Notes under the pieces: generated by a model
What the model was told of the DNA's origin: nothing
Databases searched by the model: none
Seen by the model: the letters and a program-made list of their open reading frames with translations, nothing else
NCBI GenBank assembly: GCA_017654855.1
Contig: CM030332.1
Span: 7,192,001-7,256,000, forward strand
Length of the DNA: 64,000 bases
Direction of reading: 5' to 3'
Source of the DNA: Podospora anserina
Lineage: Eukaryota
Position numbers and translations under genes: made by a program
Shown: positions 11,432 to 24,321 of the stretch, one piece after another
How positions within the stretch are numbered: the stretch's first letter is position 1
How the letters are laid out: every line of letters starts with the position of its first letter

Positions 11432-12639
11432 ATGTTCGACACTTGGGTCCTTCGCCGCCCAGCTTTTTTCATCTTGCCCTCTATTGTGATCATCGTAGCT
11501 CTTCTTATGAGTGCGTCTTCCCCGGCGTTGTCACTTTTATCTTTGCCACAAATCCTGACGAAGCTCAAGACTTTTTTGCCCGTTTCTTATTTTAATACTC
11601 CAACCACCGCGCCTCTAGCGACCCTCTCCACCACCCCATCGGTCTCGTCAACGACAACAATCTCACAACCGCCCAAAATGCCAAAAGCACCAGTGTATTT
11701 CTTTAGCCATGGCGGCGTAAGTCTCATTGCCACTCCCTCGTTCAACCTAAATAATTGACAGTGATGCAGCCCGACGTCCAATACAACACCACCCACCCCG
11801 TCTACCCCATCCTCCAGTCCATCGGCAAGGAAATCACCCAAAAAGTCAAGCCCTCCGCCGTGGTAGTCTTCTCCGCCCACTGGCAGCCCGAAAACGTCGG
11901 CCCAGACGAAATCCACGTCAACAACGCCGAAAAGACCGACCTCATCTACGAGTATGCCACCCTCCGTACCACCCCCCACCCCACCCCCTGCTTACTTATC
12001 ATGTCACTAACATAATCCAGCTTCTACGGCTTCCCCCCTCACTTCTACAAAGCAACCTTCCCCTCCACCGGCTCCCCCTCCTTAGCCTCCCACATCATCT
12101 CCCTCCTCGCCAAATCCAACATCCGCGCCAGAGGCCTCTCCCGCGGCCTCGACCACGGCGTCTTCTCCGGCTTCAACGTGGCCTTCCCCCCGGCCTCCAA
12201 CCCTTTGGCTGTGCCCCTCGTCCAGGTGTCCCTCTTCAACTCGGAAAACCCCCAGGCCCACTTCCTCCTCGGCGAGGCCGTCCAGTCCCTCCGCGAGCAA
12301 AACATTGTCATCATCTGCACAGGCATGACGGTCCACAACCTGCGGGACATGCGCCTCGCCTTCGGGCAGCCTCAACCCATGCCGTACGCCGTGTCGTTTG
12401 ACAATGCCCTCAAGGAGGCTGTCGAGCAGCCTGATGCTGAGAAGAGGAAAGAAGAAATGGTCAGGGTGTTGAAGAGGCCAGACGCGAGACAGGCGCATCC
12501 TTGGATGGATCATTTGATGCCGTTGTATATCGCTGCTGGGGCGGCGGGGGGGGACCGAGGAAGACAGACGTGGACGATGCACGAGGCTAGTTTTGCTTGG
12601 GCGCAGTACCGGTTTGGGGAGTTGCCTGAGGAGAAGTAG
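11432..12639 (+). CDS. LigB-family extradiol ring-cleavage dioxygenase (4,5-DOPA dioxygenase-like); 3 exons; alternative start at 11678
   Basis: Metal-binding and catalytic motifs FFSHGG|P, VVFSAHW, RGLDHGVF, GMTVHNL and AHPWMDHLMPL; two GT-AG introns. Confidence 0.88.
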
Positions 12640-13078
12640 GGGAATAAGAAGGCGATGTACATAGCAAGTAAAAACATGTAAATAAAACAAAACCAGTTTA
12701 AATTCTATCACGGAGCGGATTTTCCCCTGATATTGGCAAGCCCTTTCTAGTCTGTTTCCCCTTGGCCCTGAAACCCCATCCAAAAGATCACACCATCAAA
12801 CATTACCAATATTTTTCTCGCTTGAACGACCATGTACGACCCCCTATGCCCCCTCTCTCACACACACACCATGTCACTCACATCCCACAAAACCCACTAC
12901 AAAAGAAAAATGTGTGCGCCCTACGTCTAACTACAGCTAGCTTGCCGGCCATACCACTTTCCGAGTTCTACAACCTCTGAGATGGCCACTCCCAACCCCA
13001 GATGTCATCAATTACCGCTCCATTAACCCGTGCCAAAATTCCTACTCTTAACACCCTGCCCCCCCCCCCTTCCTGGAA

Positions 13079-14995
13079 TCAAAGAACCACCGCAACCGTA
13101 TCATCCATATTTAGATCCCCCAAAAATAAACTCGCCAACATCGACACACCCCCGAAGGCAATACTGCAGTAATAGGCCCAGGGGTATGCATGAGAATAAG
13201 CCACCTGACCAGCCGCCACAATCGCATGCCACTGAGTCTCGTTCACAAACGGAAGGTGCTTGATCTCGTTGACCAGCGACGCTCCCGTCATCTGGATGAT
13301 CTGTTCAATCTTGTCGTGTTCGATCCCAACCTTGACGCAGGTTCCGCCTACAATTTGCATCAGCTGGGGGAGGAGCTTCGACACAAAAACGTTGTAGTAG
13401 ATGGCGTATCCGATAGCACCGCCTACGATTCTGATGGCGATAGTCAAGGCGGTGACTGTAGCAATGACATCGCTGGGGCAGATGATGGCCGTGATTGTCG
13501 ATGCCGGGACGACAACTCCGCCCACGCCGAGACCGGCAATGAACAAAACACCGTACACGGTCTGAATGTTGTCGACTCTGGCAATGGCCAGCAGTCCACA
13601 GCCCAGTGTCATCAATGTTGACGAGACGAACAGAATCCACTTGATGTTTCCCTTGAGCCAAGAAAGCATCACCAGGGAGATGACACATCCGGCCATGGTG
13701 CCAAAGGCGAAGGGCATACCACGGATACCGACTCCGACGGGACTGGAAAGGGGTCAGCAATGTCCCACCGCTTTCTTGTGTTCAGAGGACTTACTCGTGC
13801 CCGTACACATTATACGCCTCGCTCGGCCAAATCATCAACACTGAAAAGAAGTTGGCGCCCGAAATGAACGTGATGATGAGAGTCAGCCACAAGGTCCAAG
13901 GCGACTTGCCCATGTCTCTCGGCACCATAGGATGGCTGGCCCCTTTCCGTTCCCACACCACAAAGGCCACCAAAACCAGGGCACCGATTATGAGAGGAGC
14001 CAATATCCTCGCGCTCTTCCATGGAGCCTACCAAGCTTTAGCAATAATATTTTCTTTCGAAGGCCAAGAGAGAGCTTACATTGTAACCACCACCCAACAG
14101 CCCAACCTCCACCAGCACAAGCCCAGCAATCGACAAGAACCCACCAACCCAGTCCGTCTTCTTCAGCACCTCGCTCTTCTCGCCGACATGGGCATCGATC
14201 CGTGGAGGGGGGTGGTAGAACAAAAAGGCCATGACCAAACCGATAGCAGCCCAACCAGTAGTTACAACCGCAATATATCGCCAGCTCGAATACGCCGAAA
14301 TAAGCTGAGCATACATGACCGACGGCAGAAACGGGAGGATGGTGAGGATCATTGCCGCCACATAGTAGCCGCGGCGAGACACGGGGACAATCTCGGCGGC
14401 GCCCGCCAAGGCAGTGAGCTCGTTGATGCCAGTTCCCAAACCTGAGATGGCCATGCCAACTGGAAAAAGAAAAAAAGTACTGTCAGCCATTGTCTCCTTC
14501 CACTTTCAAATCAGGACTTACCAATAAACGCATCCATGCTCGTAGCAGCGCCGCAGATAATCTGGCCGATGACAATCAAGGCATTGCCAGCAAGGGCAAC
14601 AAATCGACGGCCGACAAGATCTGACAAGGCGCCGACAAAGGGGGAAATTGCTGCCGTGGCGAGAAGGTTGGCAGATACGAACCACACCCAGTGGTCGATA
14701 CCGCCGAGCTCTCGGTAGATATAAACAGGGGCGCCGGCTGTCGCAAGCTGTGTCAGTTCTTCAAGGCACATATCCTTCACTGAGGCACCGTGGACATACC
14801 AAACATGAATAACGGAGCTTGAGCGTTCGTCCACATGCAAGCCAGAGCCGCGAGGGCTAACCACCGACGAGCATTCCTCTGTATATTTCCGTGGTCAGTT
14901 GACGCTGCTTCGTTTGCGTATGTGAGAACGGCCGTATCACGTACAGTTGTGCCCTCCATAGCCATAGCGCCGTCATGACCCTCGATTCCAGCCAT
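13079..14995 (-). CDS. MFS drug/toxin efflux transporter (Tri12/DHA2-like), 5 exons; an upstream in-frame ATG at 15334 is possible
   Basis: PFVGALSDLVGRR (motif A), GINELTALAGAAEIVPVSRRG, FYHPPPR, DWVGGFL and IRIVGGAIG; many hydrophobic helices; four GT-AG introns join in frame. Confidence 0.9.
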
Positions 14996-15706
14996 TGTGC
15001 CGTTGGCGTCCCAGTTGTTCCAGTAAGACCAGTTCCTCACAGCACAAGAAACCGAGTTCTGGTTCTGAGGAACAGCACCAGAAGAAGCTGAGTGAACAGA
15101 GCTAGACGGGGCTGCTTTGTTTTGCGACTCGGGTCTCGGGCTGCTCCGAGCAGGCGACTTGTTGGGAAGAAAAGGAGCGGCAGTGGGAGCAGGCGGAATC
15201 GAGGCCCGTTGAGCGTCTCTTTCGTCCAAAAGTCCAGTCACCGCAGGTTTCTGGCTGCCGGTGTTCTCTTGGGTCGACAGGTCAGACGATGACGGGAACG
15301 CACACACGCCCGCTTCCTTTCGCATGGCTCCCATTTCAGTGGCAGATGGGATCTATCTGCAAATTGGGTGTCGAGAGGAACGGGGGATGTACCGATATGT
15401 AAAGCTACCCGGGTAGCAGAGAAGGGGAACACCAGGTGTAGCTGTTGTGCAACGCCCAAGGGTGTTATTTGTGTTGCTGTCTCGGAGAAGGCAGGGAAGG
15501 AGGACAGAACGAGACAGACAAGACGAAAAGGAGCTTATTGTAAGCAAGCATCAACATTTGCCGTTCAATATCCCCACAAGCACATGTCGGTGATTCAGGC
15601 CAAGGCGGTCAAGCCAATGTTTAGGGGTCTCGGGGACTTGTCCCCAAAGATCGACGCGATCCAAGCCATGTTGCGGAGAAAGAAGCTATCAATAACTGTT
15701 TTCCAG

Positions 15707-15731
15707 CCAGGCACCAGGCACCAGGCACCAG
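15707..15731. repeat. 7-bp tandem repeat (CCAGGCA) x3.5 upstream of the MFS gene
   Basis: ccaggcaccaggcaccaggcaccag. Confidence 0.8.
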
Positions 15732-17851
15732 ACTCCCGGGTTGCCTCCGAGGAAGGAGCTCCTCCGTGGGCAGCTGCAAGTCACCTCACATCCGGACACT
15801 GTGGGCACCCGTGAAAATTTCAGGGAGGGAAGGTCCATTGCTGTCTTGCCTCGATTTCTCCTGGCCCAGCCGTCGAGGGTATCCTTGCCCTGCTGAAAGG
15901 AGGAAGGAGCGAGCCATGTTTTTCTGTAGCACACGATCATTGACTCACCACGGACCCCCGGATCAGTGATCTTGTGAGTTGTCTGAGCTGTCAGACGGGA
16001 CTTGATGGTGCGCGGTCGACATGCCGGGCACTTTGATGTTTGCTAGATAGCTTCAAGTCCCGGGCAGAAGGAGTTTGGGTTCAATACTTGGTAGCAGCAG
16101 AGATCGTCCCCCGCTGGCAGTTGCACCCGTAGCTAGCACATGGCATGTACGTGTCTGTCACTCAACCTGAATGCAAAGCGCCACACATTTATGAGCTGAC
16201 GGCTAGATCTCTGCCCCAAATTCAAGTCAACCGTAGCAAGATACCTGAAACCACCATATTCCATCCGATATCCGACTCAGATAGACGGTCCCGATATCCA
16301 TTGCGCCTCTGTCCCACTGACCACCCGTCCGTCCGCCATATGTGATTCATGCCTGACCGACCGCCTTTCACTGTAAAACACACACCGACCAATTCCGCCC
16401 ACTTCATCACTCAGCTCTTCTTATCACCAACTCAAGCCCTCCCAAATGCCACCCCCAAACCCCGATGTCGTCCCCCCATCCCCAAACCGCCCCTCTCTCC
16501 CCTGCCTCAATGGACCATCTAATCGGAAACCGCCTCCTCAACGGCTTCCCACATTAGCTCATCTCACTCAGCACGAAAGATCCTCCAAAGTCGAGTAACA
16601 CAGCATTCGGGGAGAGAAGGCAGTTAATTACCGCTGCCCACAGTAACCTTACGTGCGAAACAAAACTCCCATCCTTTGTCCTCCCCCACTCCTCTCCACA
16701 ATCGTCGACGCCTCAAATCACCCCTTACAGCCCCCCACAGACGCCGTGGCTTATTGTTTCCCATTCCTATTCGCCTTTGCCATGATTTTAGCCCAGCCGT
16801 TATTTTCTACCGGCCGAAAAAAAACGTCCATGCATTGAATCCCCCCCCCCGGCGGCATGTGAGTGAGTGAATCTGCGATCGGATCTAGTCCCGACCGAGG
16901 GGGGGCTGGATGGCAGTGAGAGAGGAGCGGAGAATTTGATCTAGGTGACACGATGAAGGGGGTGTTACACGGGGTGATATCGACAGGGAAGCGTAGGGTT
17001 ACGGGAGTTGGAGTGGGAGATTTGATTTGGAAAAGGCAACGAGTTCACCGCTGGATGCTGGGGAAGAGTTTGGGTGACGGTTGTAAGTAGAGTAGAGTAC
17101 CGGAAATTTTGGAATGATCGACTGGCAGCAACGGAGGGACTGGGGTAGGTACCTGGGTGGTGTGCGACTTTCCCTGGATGGTGGCCAGAGGTCCGTTGAC
17201 AAATGGTCGAGACTTTACGCTCCTAACTGTTTTAACCCAACCAAAGTGTCCGATGTCAATGAGCAGGAAACTGGGAGCTGGTTGTCACAGTTCTGGTTGT
17301 GACACCTACCTGTCAACCTCACAATCATCCAAGCCCCCCCAGCTAGCTCACAACTTTGTGTGATGGTGAGAAATGCCGCTGTAGTTGGTATCAAGTCAAG
17401 TGTATGAACTGGCAAGGCAGGTTCACAGCTGCGCTGGAGGGATTCTTGGCATTTGCCCCTATTTACCCCTTTTCGGAACTGACCCCATATTTACGTCCGC
17501 AGTGGTGACCAGAAGCATGAGTATGACGCCGCAATTACCAAGTTCAAGTATCATGTTCGACCGGCTAAGAACACGGTGCTTTGAAGGTATCATCGTTCAA
17601 TTAGCTCAGAGGATTGCCTCCCGAGAAAGGTGGTAGTATCCGTGTCCTATCATAACCCAACCCAACCACAAACAAGAAAGACGTGAGCTGTTCGCTCCCC
17701 CTCTGCCCTGTTCTCCAAGAGAGAGTGGTATATATCCAAATCCGAAAAGTAACTGTACACGTAGTCATCTCTACACACCATATCCCTCTGGTGCTGGTAT
17801 CTCCCTTTCACATGCCCAACCCTTATCACCCTCTCCATCATCTCTCCACTC

Positions 17852-18678
17852 TTACAACGCATAGTTCTCTGTATGTAAAAAGATCTCCTCGAGCATGTCA
17901 TCCCCCCAAATCTCGGCCTGCAACCTCGCAACCGTATTCGCCACGCCCACTCTCATCGCCGGCGGCCCACACACAAACACCGCGGTCCTCCTCCCCAACA
18001 CGCCCCTCCCATCCGGCCCTCCTGTCGCCCACTCCTTGAGCATATACCCCAAATCTGGCCTCCCATACTCCACCGACCACCCGCCGTCAATCTCGTGCGG
18101 GACAGGAAACGCAAACCTCATAAGATTGCGCTGAAATTCGGTCGGTGTTTCTGGAAAGCCAAAATCAAACCCTGAGGGAGGGCCAAAATGGGAAGTTGGT
18201 CTTGGGCGGCGGGGGTCGCCGCCGACGTCGGTGCGAAGGTGGGCTAGTTCTGGTGGGCGGACGGGAGCAGTGGAGGATTCGGCTGTTGGTTCTGCTGCTG
18301 CTGGGGGCGAGGGGTGAGTGGCGAAAGGTTCCGTGCTGCCGGATGAGTCGGCGTGTTGGTGGCCGAGCTCGCTGGTAGTCGGTCGGGCGTCGATGCTACC
18401 GCCGCTGCCGGCTCCGCTGGGCCGGGGGTCGGACTCGGAGAGGATCTGGCTGTATCGCTTGCGGCCGGCAGGAGGTGCGTATTTGAAATGGGGAGCCGCA
18501 TTCTCCCGGGCTAGAGGGGGGAAATGGAATTCACCGCCGGGTTCGCTCTTCTTGGTTGAGGGTGCCTTGCTGGAAGGGGCTGGGGGGTGTAAATATTGTT
18601 GCTGTTCGCCTTCAACGGGCTTGATCTCATCGTCGCGGCCTTCAAGTTTTCGAAGGGTTTGTTCCGCAACAGATAGCC

Positions 18679-18746
<68 letters not shown>

Positions 18747-20734
18747 GGGGGAGGCCCCGGTGGCGGTGGTGGGAAGGTGTGTGGTTGGAGATATTTCTGC
18801 TGAGGGAGCGCTGTGATGCGGTCCTCATCCTCAGCACGCAGCTCCCGCTCTCTGTCGGGGTCGCCTTGGGCCTCGGACATGATCAGGGCGCTGTTGCGTT
18901 TGCTAGCAATGTTGGCCACAAAGCCATCCAGCTTGTCGTGGAATGCATTGCTGAGCGGCCTGGGCGCACGACCATGAGGAATGCCAGAATTTGGCGGCTT
19001 CCGGACTGATGCGGTAACGAAAAACTTGCAAGTAACACTCTCAGGGGGCGCGGCTTCACGACAGATACGGAGCTCTTCCCGGAACCAGTCCATGGCCTCG
19101 AGCCGCTTGAGCGACCACACCACGACGATTTTCTTGGTGATGGCCTTGCCGTCCCGCATGCGCTTGATCAGATTTAGCAGCTGTGACATGAGCGATGTGA
19201 TACCGCTGCCACCGGCGATGAGGATGCAGGTATCAAATGCGGCAAGCTCTCGGCGCATACCACCGTACGGGCCGTCGAGAAACGCGCGGTAGGTGTGGAA
19301 AGGCCCCTTATCAATGGCCGTCTCGAGCACCTTCTTCGTAAAGCCTCCATATGGCCGGAACACCAACACACAATCTCTGTACTCCTCGCCGTATTCAGAT
19401 GGAAAGTCTGAGCTGCAAAGAGACGAGATGGTGAAAGGATGGTTCTCGAACATGGAAATGCCCGGCATGCGCAGATAGACGTACTGGCCCGGCTTCCACC
19501 TCATCTGAGTTGGGATGGTGATCTTGATGGCGTTCTCCGTCATGATGTTGATGGCTGCTTCGTCTCCAATCAAAAACGACATGCGCCATGGCTTGGTCCA
19601 ATTCAGCTTGCAGAAACGGTACAGGTTGCAGAAGACGATGATGGCCACTGTCGCATACAAGTAGGCCCATGACATGAGAAAGTTCTTGGTATGCCAAAAG
19701 AGCACACCGACGTAAACGTAGCCGACTGGGATATGGAGAAGGATGAAAACTTCGTATGCCTTTCTTCGGAACAGTGGTAACGATCCCACACAAAGCCACC
19801 CCAGAGGGACCATGCATGCAATTCCAGATCCATAGATGATGCCGCTACCGGGAGGAAACAGCGCCTCGAAGACCTCCATGCCACCATCCTCCCAGACCGG
19901 CTGGATGTAGAATGGGATCATGTGAATCAAGGAGAGAAACAGGCAGAGGTAGCTCAGCCAACGGTGGAATACGTTGAGTCTCTCGGGTCCAATGCCGGTG
20001 ATCAGCGTGATGATGTTGGCCTTGGTGCTAGTGGCAATGATCCACGGTGTCATGGCAACGGCAATCATGCCGGACCGAACGGCCACCGGTGGTGATCCGA
20101 ACCGGATGCTTTGCCAGTATAGGGGTTGCTGTAAGAAGCAGTAGACCGTGACGAAGGCCAGGGCGATAAAGGCGCAACTCAGCACCGCGAGTGAGGAAAA
20201 GGTGAAGCGGTGTTTTCTCCAGACAATGTCTGGCACTGGTCGATAAAAAACCCATCGGAATAGCGCCAGAGTATCGTTGACAAATCCGACAGATGAAAAA
20301 TGCGCTTTCGGCTTGAAATTCTTCTCCTCCTCAGCCTGCTGCTCGTCCGGAAAGAAGTGTCGTCGTGATTCAGCCGCCGTCTGCGCTGTCGCCCCCGTCG
20401 CCAGGGCAGCCGATCTATCCCACTCCGGTTCCATGCTGTAAAGCTGTTGAAAGTGCTTCTCCATATCCTGCTTGTAGATCGCCTGCCGAATCTTATCCTG
20501 CCAGTAGTGCCATATCCTCATAAACAGCGTCAATCCTCCCAAAGCAAGCGCAAAATATGTCCAACCCAGCCCATATTTCCCCGATTGTGACCACGGATCT
20601 ACCGTGAGTGCCTGTACTAAGCCCGGTGGACTGTTGGGTAAGAGCGGGATATTGATCCGCCTCACCAACCCACTCAGGGCCTCAACGGACGCGTCGACTG
20701 CGCTTCGTAGCGCTGGTCGCACATGTGAAGCCAT
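17852..20734 (-). CDS. Ferric/cupric reductase (FRE/NOX superfamily) with a long disordered insertion
   Basis: FHRW heme His, PGQYVYL, HPFTI (FAD), DGPYG, IAGGSGIT (NADPH), VFVCGP and a C-terminal HTENYAL; start MASHV in ACCATGG context. Confidence 0.92.
18680..18745 (-). repeat. (AAC)22 microsatellite encoding poly-Asn in the ferric reductase
   Basis: Perfect (GTT)22 on the + strand. Confidence 0.95.
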
Positions 20735-23700
20735 GGTGTAATTTGTGTAGTGATTGTGCGCGTACGGGCGCGGGAGTGTGGCGGCCCCTGTAGAACGCAA
20801 CCTCGATCTTGAAATGTCGTCGGGATACAGAGAAGCAGCTGATCTGCCGGCAACGGCCGCCGGTCAGACTTCGGTCGAGGAACACCGGACCCCCGATCAA
20901 AATATTAGAGCATTTAGTAGAGAGCGTGAGGCACAACTTGAAAGGCCATGAGAAGTGACGAAAGGGGTGTATTAGGGGCGACCGTCGGGAAGGAGCCGGG
21001 AAGGACGAAAGAATGGGATGGATCCGGCGGGGGGCGCGGGAGAGGGGCGTAGGGAGAGTTATTATAATGCAGTTATATCTCCAATGTTGGTGTGGGGGAG
21101 TTGAGCGTGGGTGAGATGGTGGGTGAGAATGGTGGGTGAGATGCTGCAAGTCGCAAGTTCCGTCACGTCCACCTAGGTTTCTTCCACGGACAATTCCAAC
21201 CGCCGCGCGTGTGCTCCTCCAGATGCGATCACAGTACCGGGCTGTTGGGCTCGAGATGTCCAGATGCTCTCCTGAGGCGGGACGGAATCAATATCAAGTC
21301 AGGAACAGGAAAAGTCGGACCTGGCAACTGAAGAATCCGGCGGTTCACTGGGCCTTAATATTGGTCGATCAATGTTCTGGGGTGCGTGGTGCTAGGTGCA
21401 ATAGCTCACAGCTGGTGTCGCTGCACACCTGCATGTCACACGGTACGTCGACCCGAATCGGTAACAATCCTTGACACCGGGCGCTAGGTATAGGCTTGGC
21501 TGGGAAATGGAAGAGGAGAAAGGCAGAGTTCAGAGGAAAGAAAAGGAAAAGACGGCCGGTTGGGGGCCGTGAGGAAGGCTCGATCTGGCCGGGCTCGTTT
21601 CTGCGGCGATCTGTGAGTGTTCGGCACCGTTATCGCAAGAGGAACCAACAGCAAAGCTGACTGCTTGATGACAACTGTCGGCACTCGTGGAAAGGCAAGA
21701 GGTGTAGGACAAAACCACGCAGTTCTCAACGTGCGCGCGCATGCCGGACGGATGCTGTCCTCTTCAGTGAAGACTTCTTCCAAGCACAACGGATACATCC
21801 GACCTGTCGAATATCCTTCCACTTGGAGCGGACAATCACCTATGCTTGGCGGCAGGGTGTCATCACGGTCGACCGCCATTGTGACCACCTCATGGCTGTC
21901 TTTTGTGCAGGTGGGAAACGACATGTTCGTCGACATGCGAATTGCGAACTGAGAATGGCGCATTCTCATTCTCCAGCCCCTTGAGGAAGAACCAAGACCC
22001 CCAATAAGCGAGCAATTAATGCGTCTGTCCAACTGTTGGTGACCTTGGTGTGATGCTCTGGATGGTCACCACGCAGTCATCAAATGGCGTTCGAGCATCG
22101 CCGTGATGGACGAGCAAATGACGGCGCGATGCTGGGAGATCTCGAAAAGGGCACAGTGGGGTTCCCCCATGCAAGTTCCCATAGCAGGGAACAGCAGGGG
22201 GCAATTGCAGCCTGGGCGGGTAAATAAGCCTTTTGATTGGAAGCTGACCTCTTCAACCTCTCGCCCGCGTTCTCGGACTCGAGCTTTTCTCCCACGTCCC
22301 CTCATGATGCAAGGGTTGGTGAACCTCACTGAAGATGATTCTCGATGCAGCAGTCCAGAACGGTGACTCGTGGCACTGAAGATTCTCTGTCTGGTAGCGG
22401 TGGTGTCCTGTGATGCGTGCTGTCCGTCATCCGTCAGCTGCTGTGTCTCTCAGTGGTTCCAGCTCTCACTGCTGTTGCTGCCGGACGGGCATGTCAAGAG
22501 GTGACCCCAGCTGCGGCCGCCCTCTGGTGAAAGCCATTGTTCAATTAGGTACGAGGACTGGGCCTCGAGTCGGCTCCGGCAATTCGGGTCGGCCGTCTTT
22601 TGATAACCGCCTGAAGTCATGTGCCGGGTGGATAGATTGAAAAGAGGCAATTAAGGAGATTTGTTATCGAAATCGATAGCTTTGGGGCTGTTGGATCAAC
22701 TTCGATCTGGGAATCATCAACAGCCAAGCTCAGGACAGTGTGTGTGGGAAACGGGAGCTGAGAGAAGCCAAGCAGCCAAGTCACCCAAACACACGGAACG
22801 TCCCGTTCGCACTGACCTTATCTTGGTGGTCTATGCGCTGTCAAGCACTTTATCGATCACAGTGGGATGCTTGGACCTCATTTCATCCGAGTTTATGCTC
22901 TCGATACAACGTCGAGATGCTCGGGTACCTCGCTCTGGGTGTGTTCTATTCATGGGCCTTGATTAAACTGTCTTGGTACGCCTGTCTGACATTGATGAAG
23001 AGGGGAATGCTGAATTTCAACTGGAAGCGACACAAATGGTGAGAGCCTTGAAGCGAAACACCATGAGCCAGAGGTGAAGAACGAAATGCTTCATGTAAAC
23101 ACAACCCAGCTACAATGTATTCAATGAGTGGTAATTGTCAAAACTTCGCCCTCTGCCCGGAAGCCTTGCCGGTGGTACACTCTGTCGTGGCACGCGGTCA
23201 CTGCGATGTTCATTCGTGTCCAAGATCGTCGCTTTCAACCAGCTGGCACCGGCTACAATATATCCAGTGTCTCCCTTCCTCTTCATATACACCCGTTCAA
23301 CGCTGTGATAGTAAATTCGAGAACCGGTTTTGGGGTTGAGGTGTTTTGCATAAGGTTATCAACATTGTGGTTCCCAAATACAACCCATATTCATCTGTAC
23401 AATGTGGCAAGTGAAATGTTAACGAGCAGTGGTATGAACAACCACCACCAGACTTGGGCACCAGCTGTTTGGCAAGCCACATGCTACTACACCATCAGCT
23501 CTTCAACATTGACATTCTGAATAGTGGGGCAGCACAGAAGAAAATGTTCAAAAGACAGCACGGCGGTTCAACACCGCGAAGCTATTGTTTTCACCTCATC
23601 TATGCGTTTGTTCCCCCGGGTAGGCAGAATATTTCTGAAATAGTGGTGTTTGAGCAGAAGCAGCCACAATATTTAAAGTATGAGGCCTATTCCCAAACAA

Positions 23701-24321
23701 GCAATTCAGGACACATGCTGTCATTAGCATAAAGAAGACCCTGCAATAAACATACCCCAGCGGAGAATCTTTTTCACTTGATTGGAAGGGGTTGAGAGGT
23801 TGTGTGTTCTCGCCATAGAGTATCGGCGCCATGCTACATAGTCTTTGGGCAATGATTTTCTTGTGTTGGTATGCAAGTGATAATGTGTAGGTAATAGTTT
23901 TGGGCTAAATAAGCAGACAACAACGCTGAAATAGGCCGGGGGAAAAGGCGAAGACTCATGTGGATCAGTGTGAAGTTGGATTAAAGGTCTAGAGCAGGAG
24001 TATGCGTTTATGTTGAGCGCCAGATGATGAAGGAGAAGAAGGGAGTTCTGCTGAGAATATACCAACCTAGGTAGGGCTGCCATCCATATTAATGCCAAGA
24101 AATCGTGAGGGCTGTAACATCGTTTCCGTGCGCCCTCTCGGAGAAACCAATCAAAACACGAACAGGCTTCACTGCCTACGACGCACCATGCAATGCACCA
24201 GGAGAAGAACTTCCGAACAAGGAGGATAAGCTATCTCATGTAGGTGCTGGTACATTTGGTCAAAGTCTCTTACACCTGCGAACCAGACTGCCCATAAGAC
24301 AGCCCCAGCTTTCAGCCTCAG

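Noticed and set aside
16643..17002. Patchy inverted similarity (GTAACCTTACG / CGTAGGGTTAC and ATCACCCC / GGGGTGAT) suggesting a MITE or hairpin
   Set aside because: Matches are short, unevenly spaced and explained by the local C-rich/G-rich skew; no target-site duplication
21484..22032. 182-aa minus-strand ORF upstream of the ferric reductase
   Set aside because: Non-ATG start, no domain, no codon bias; probably promoter sequence
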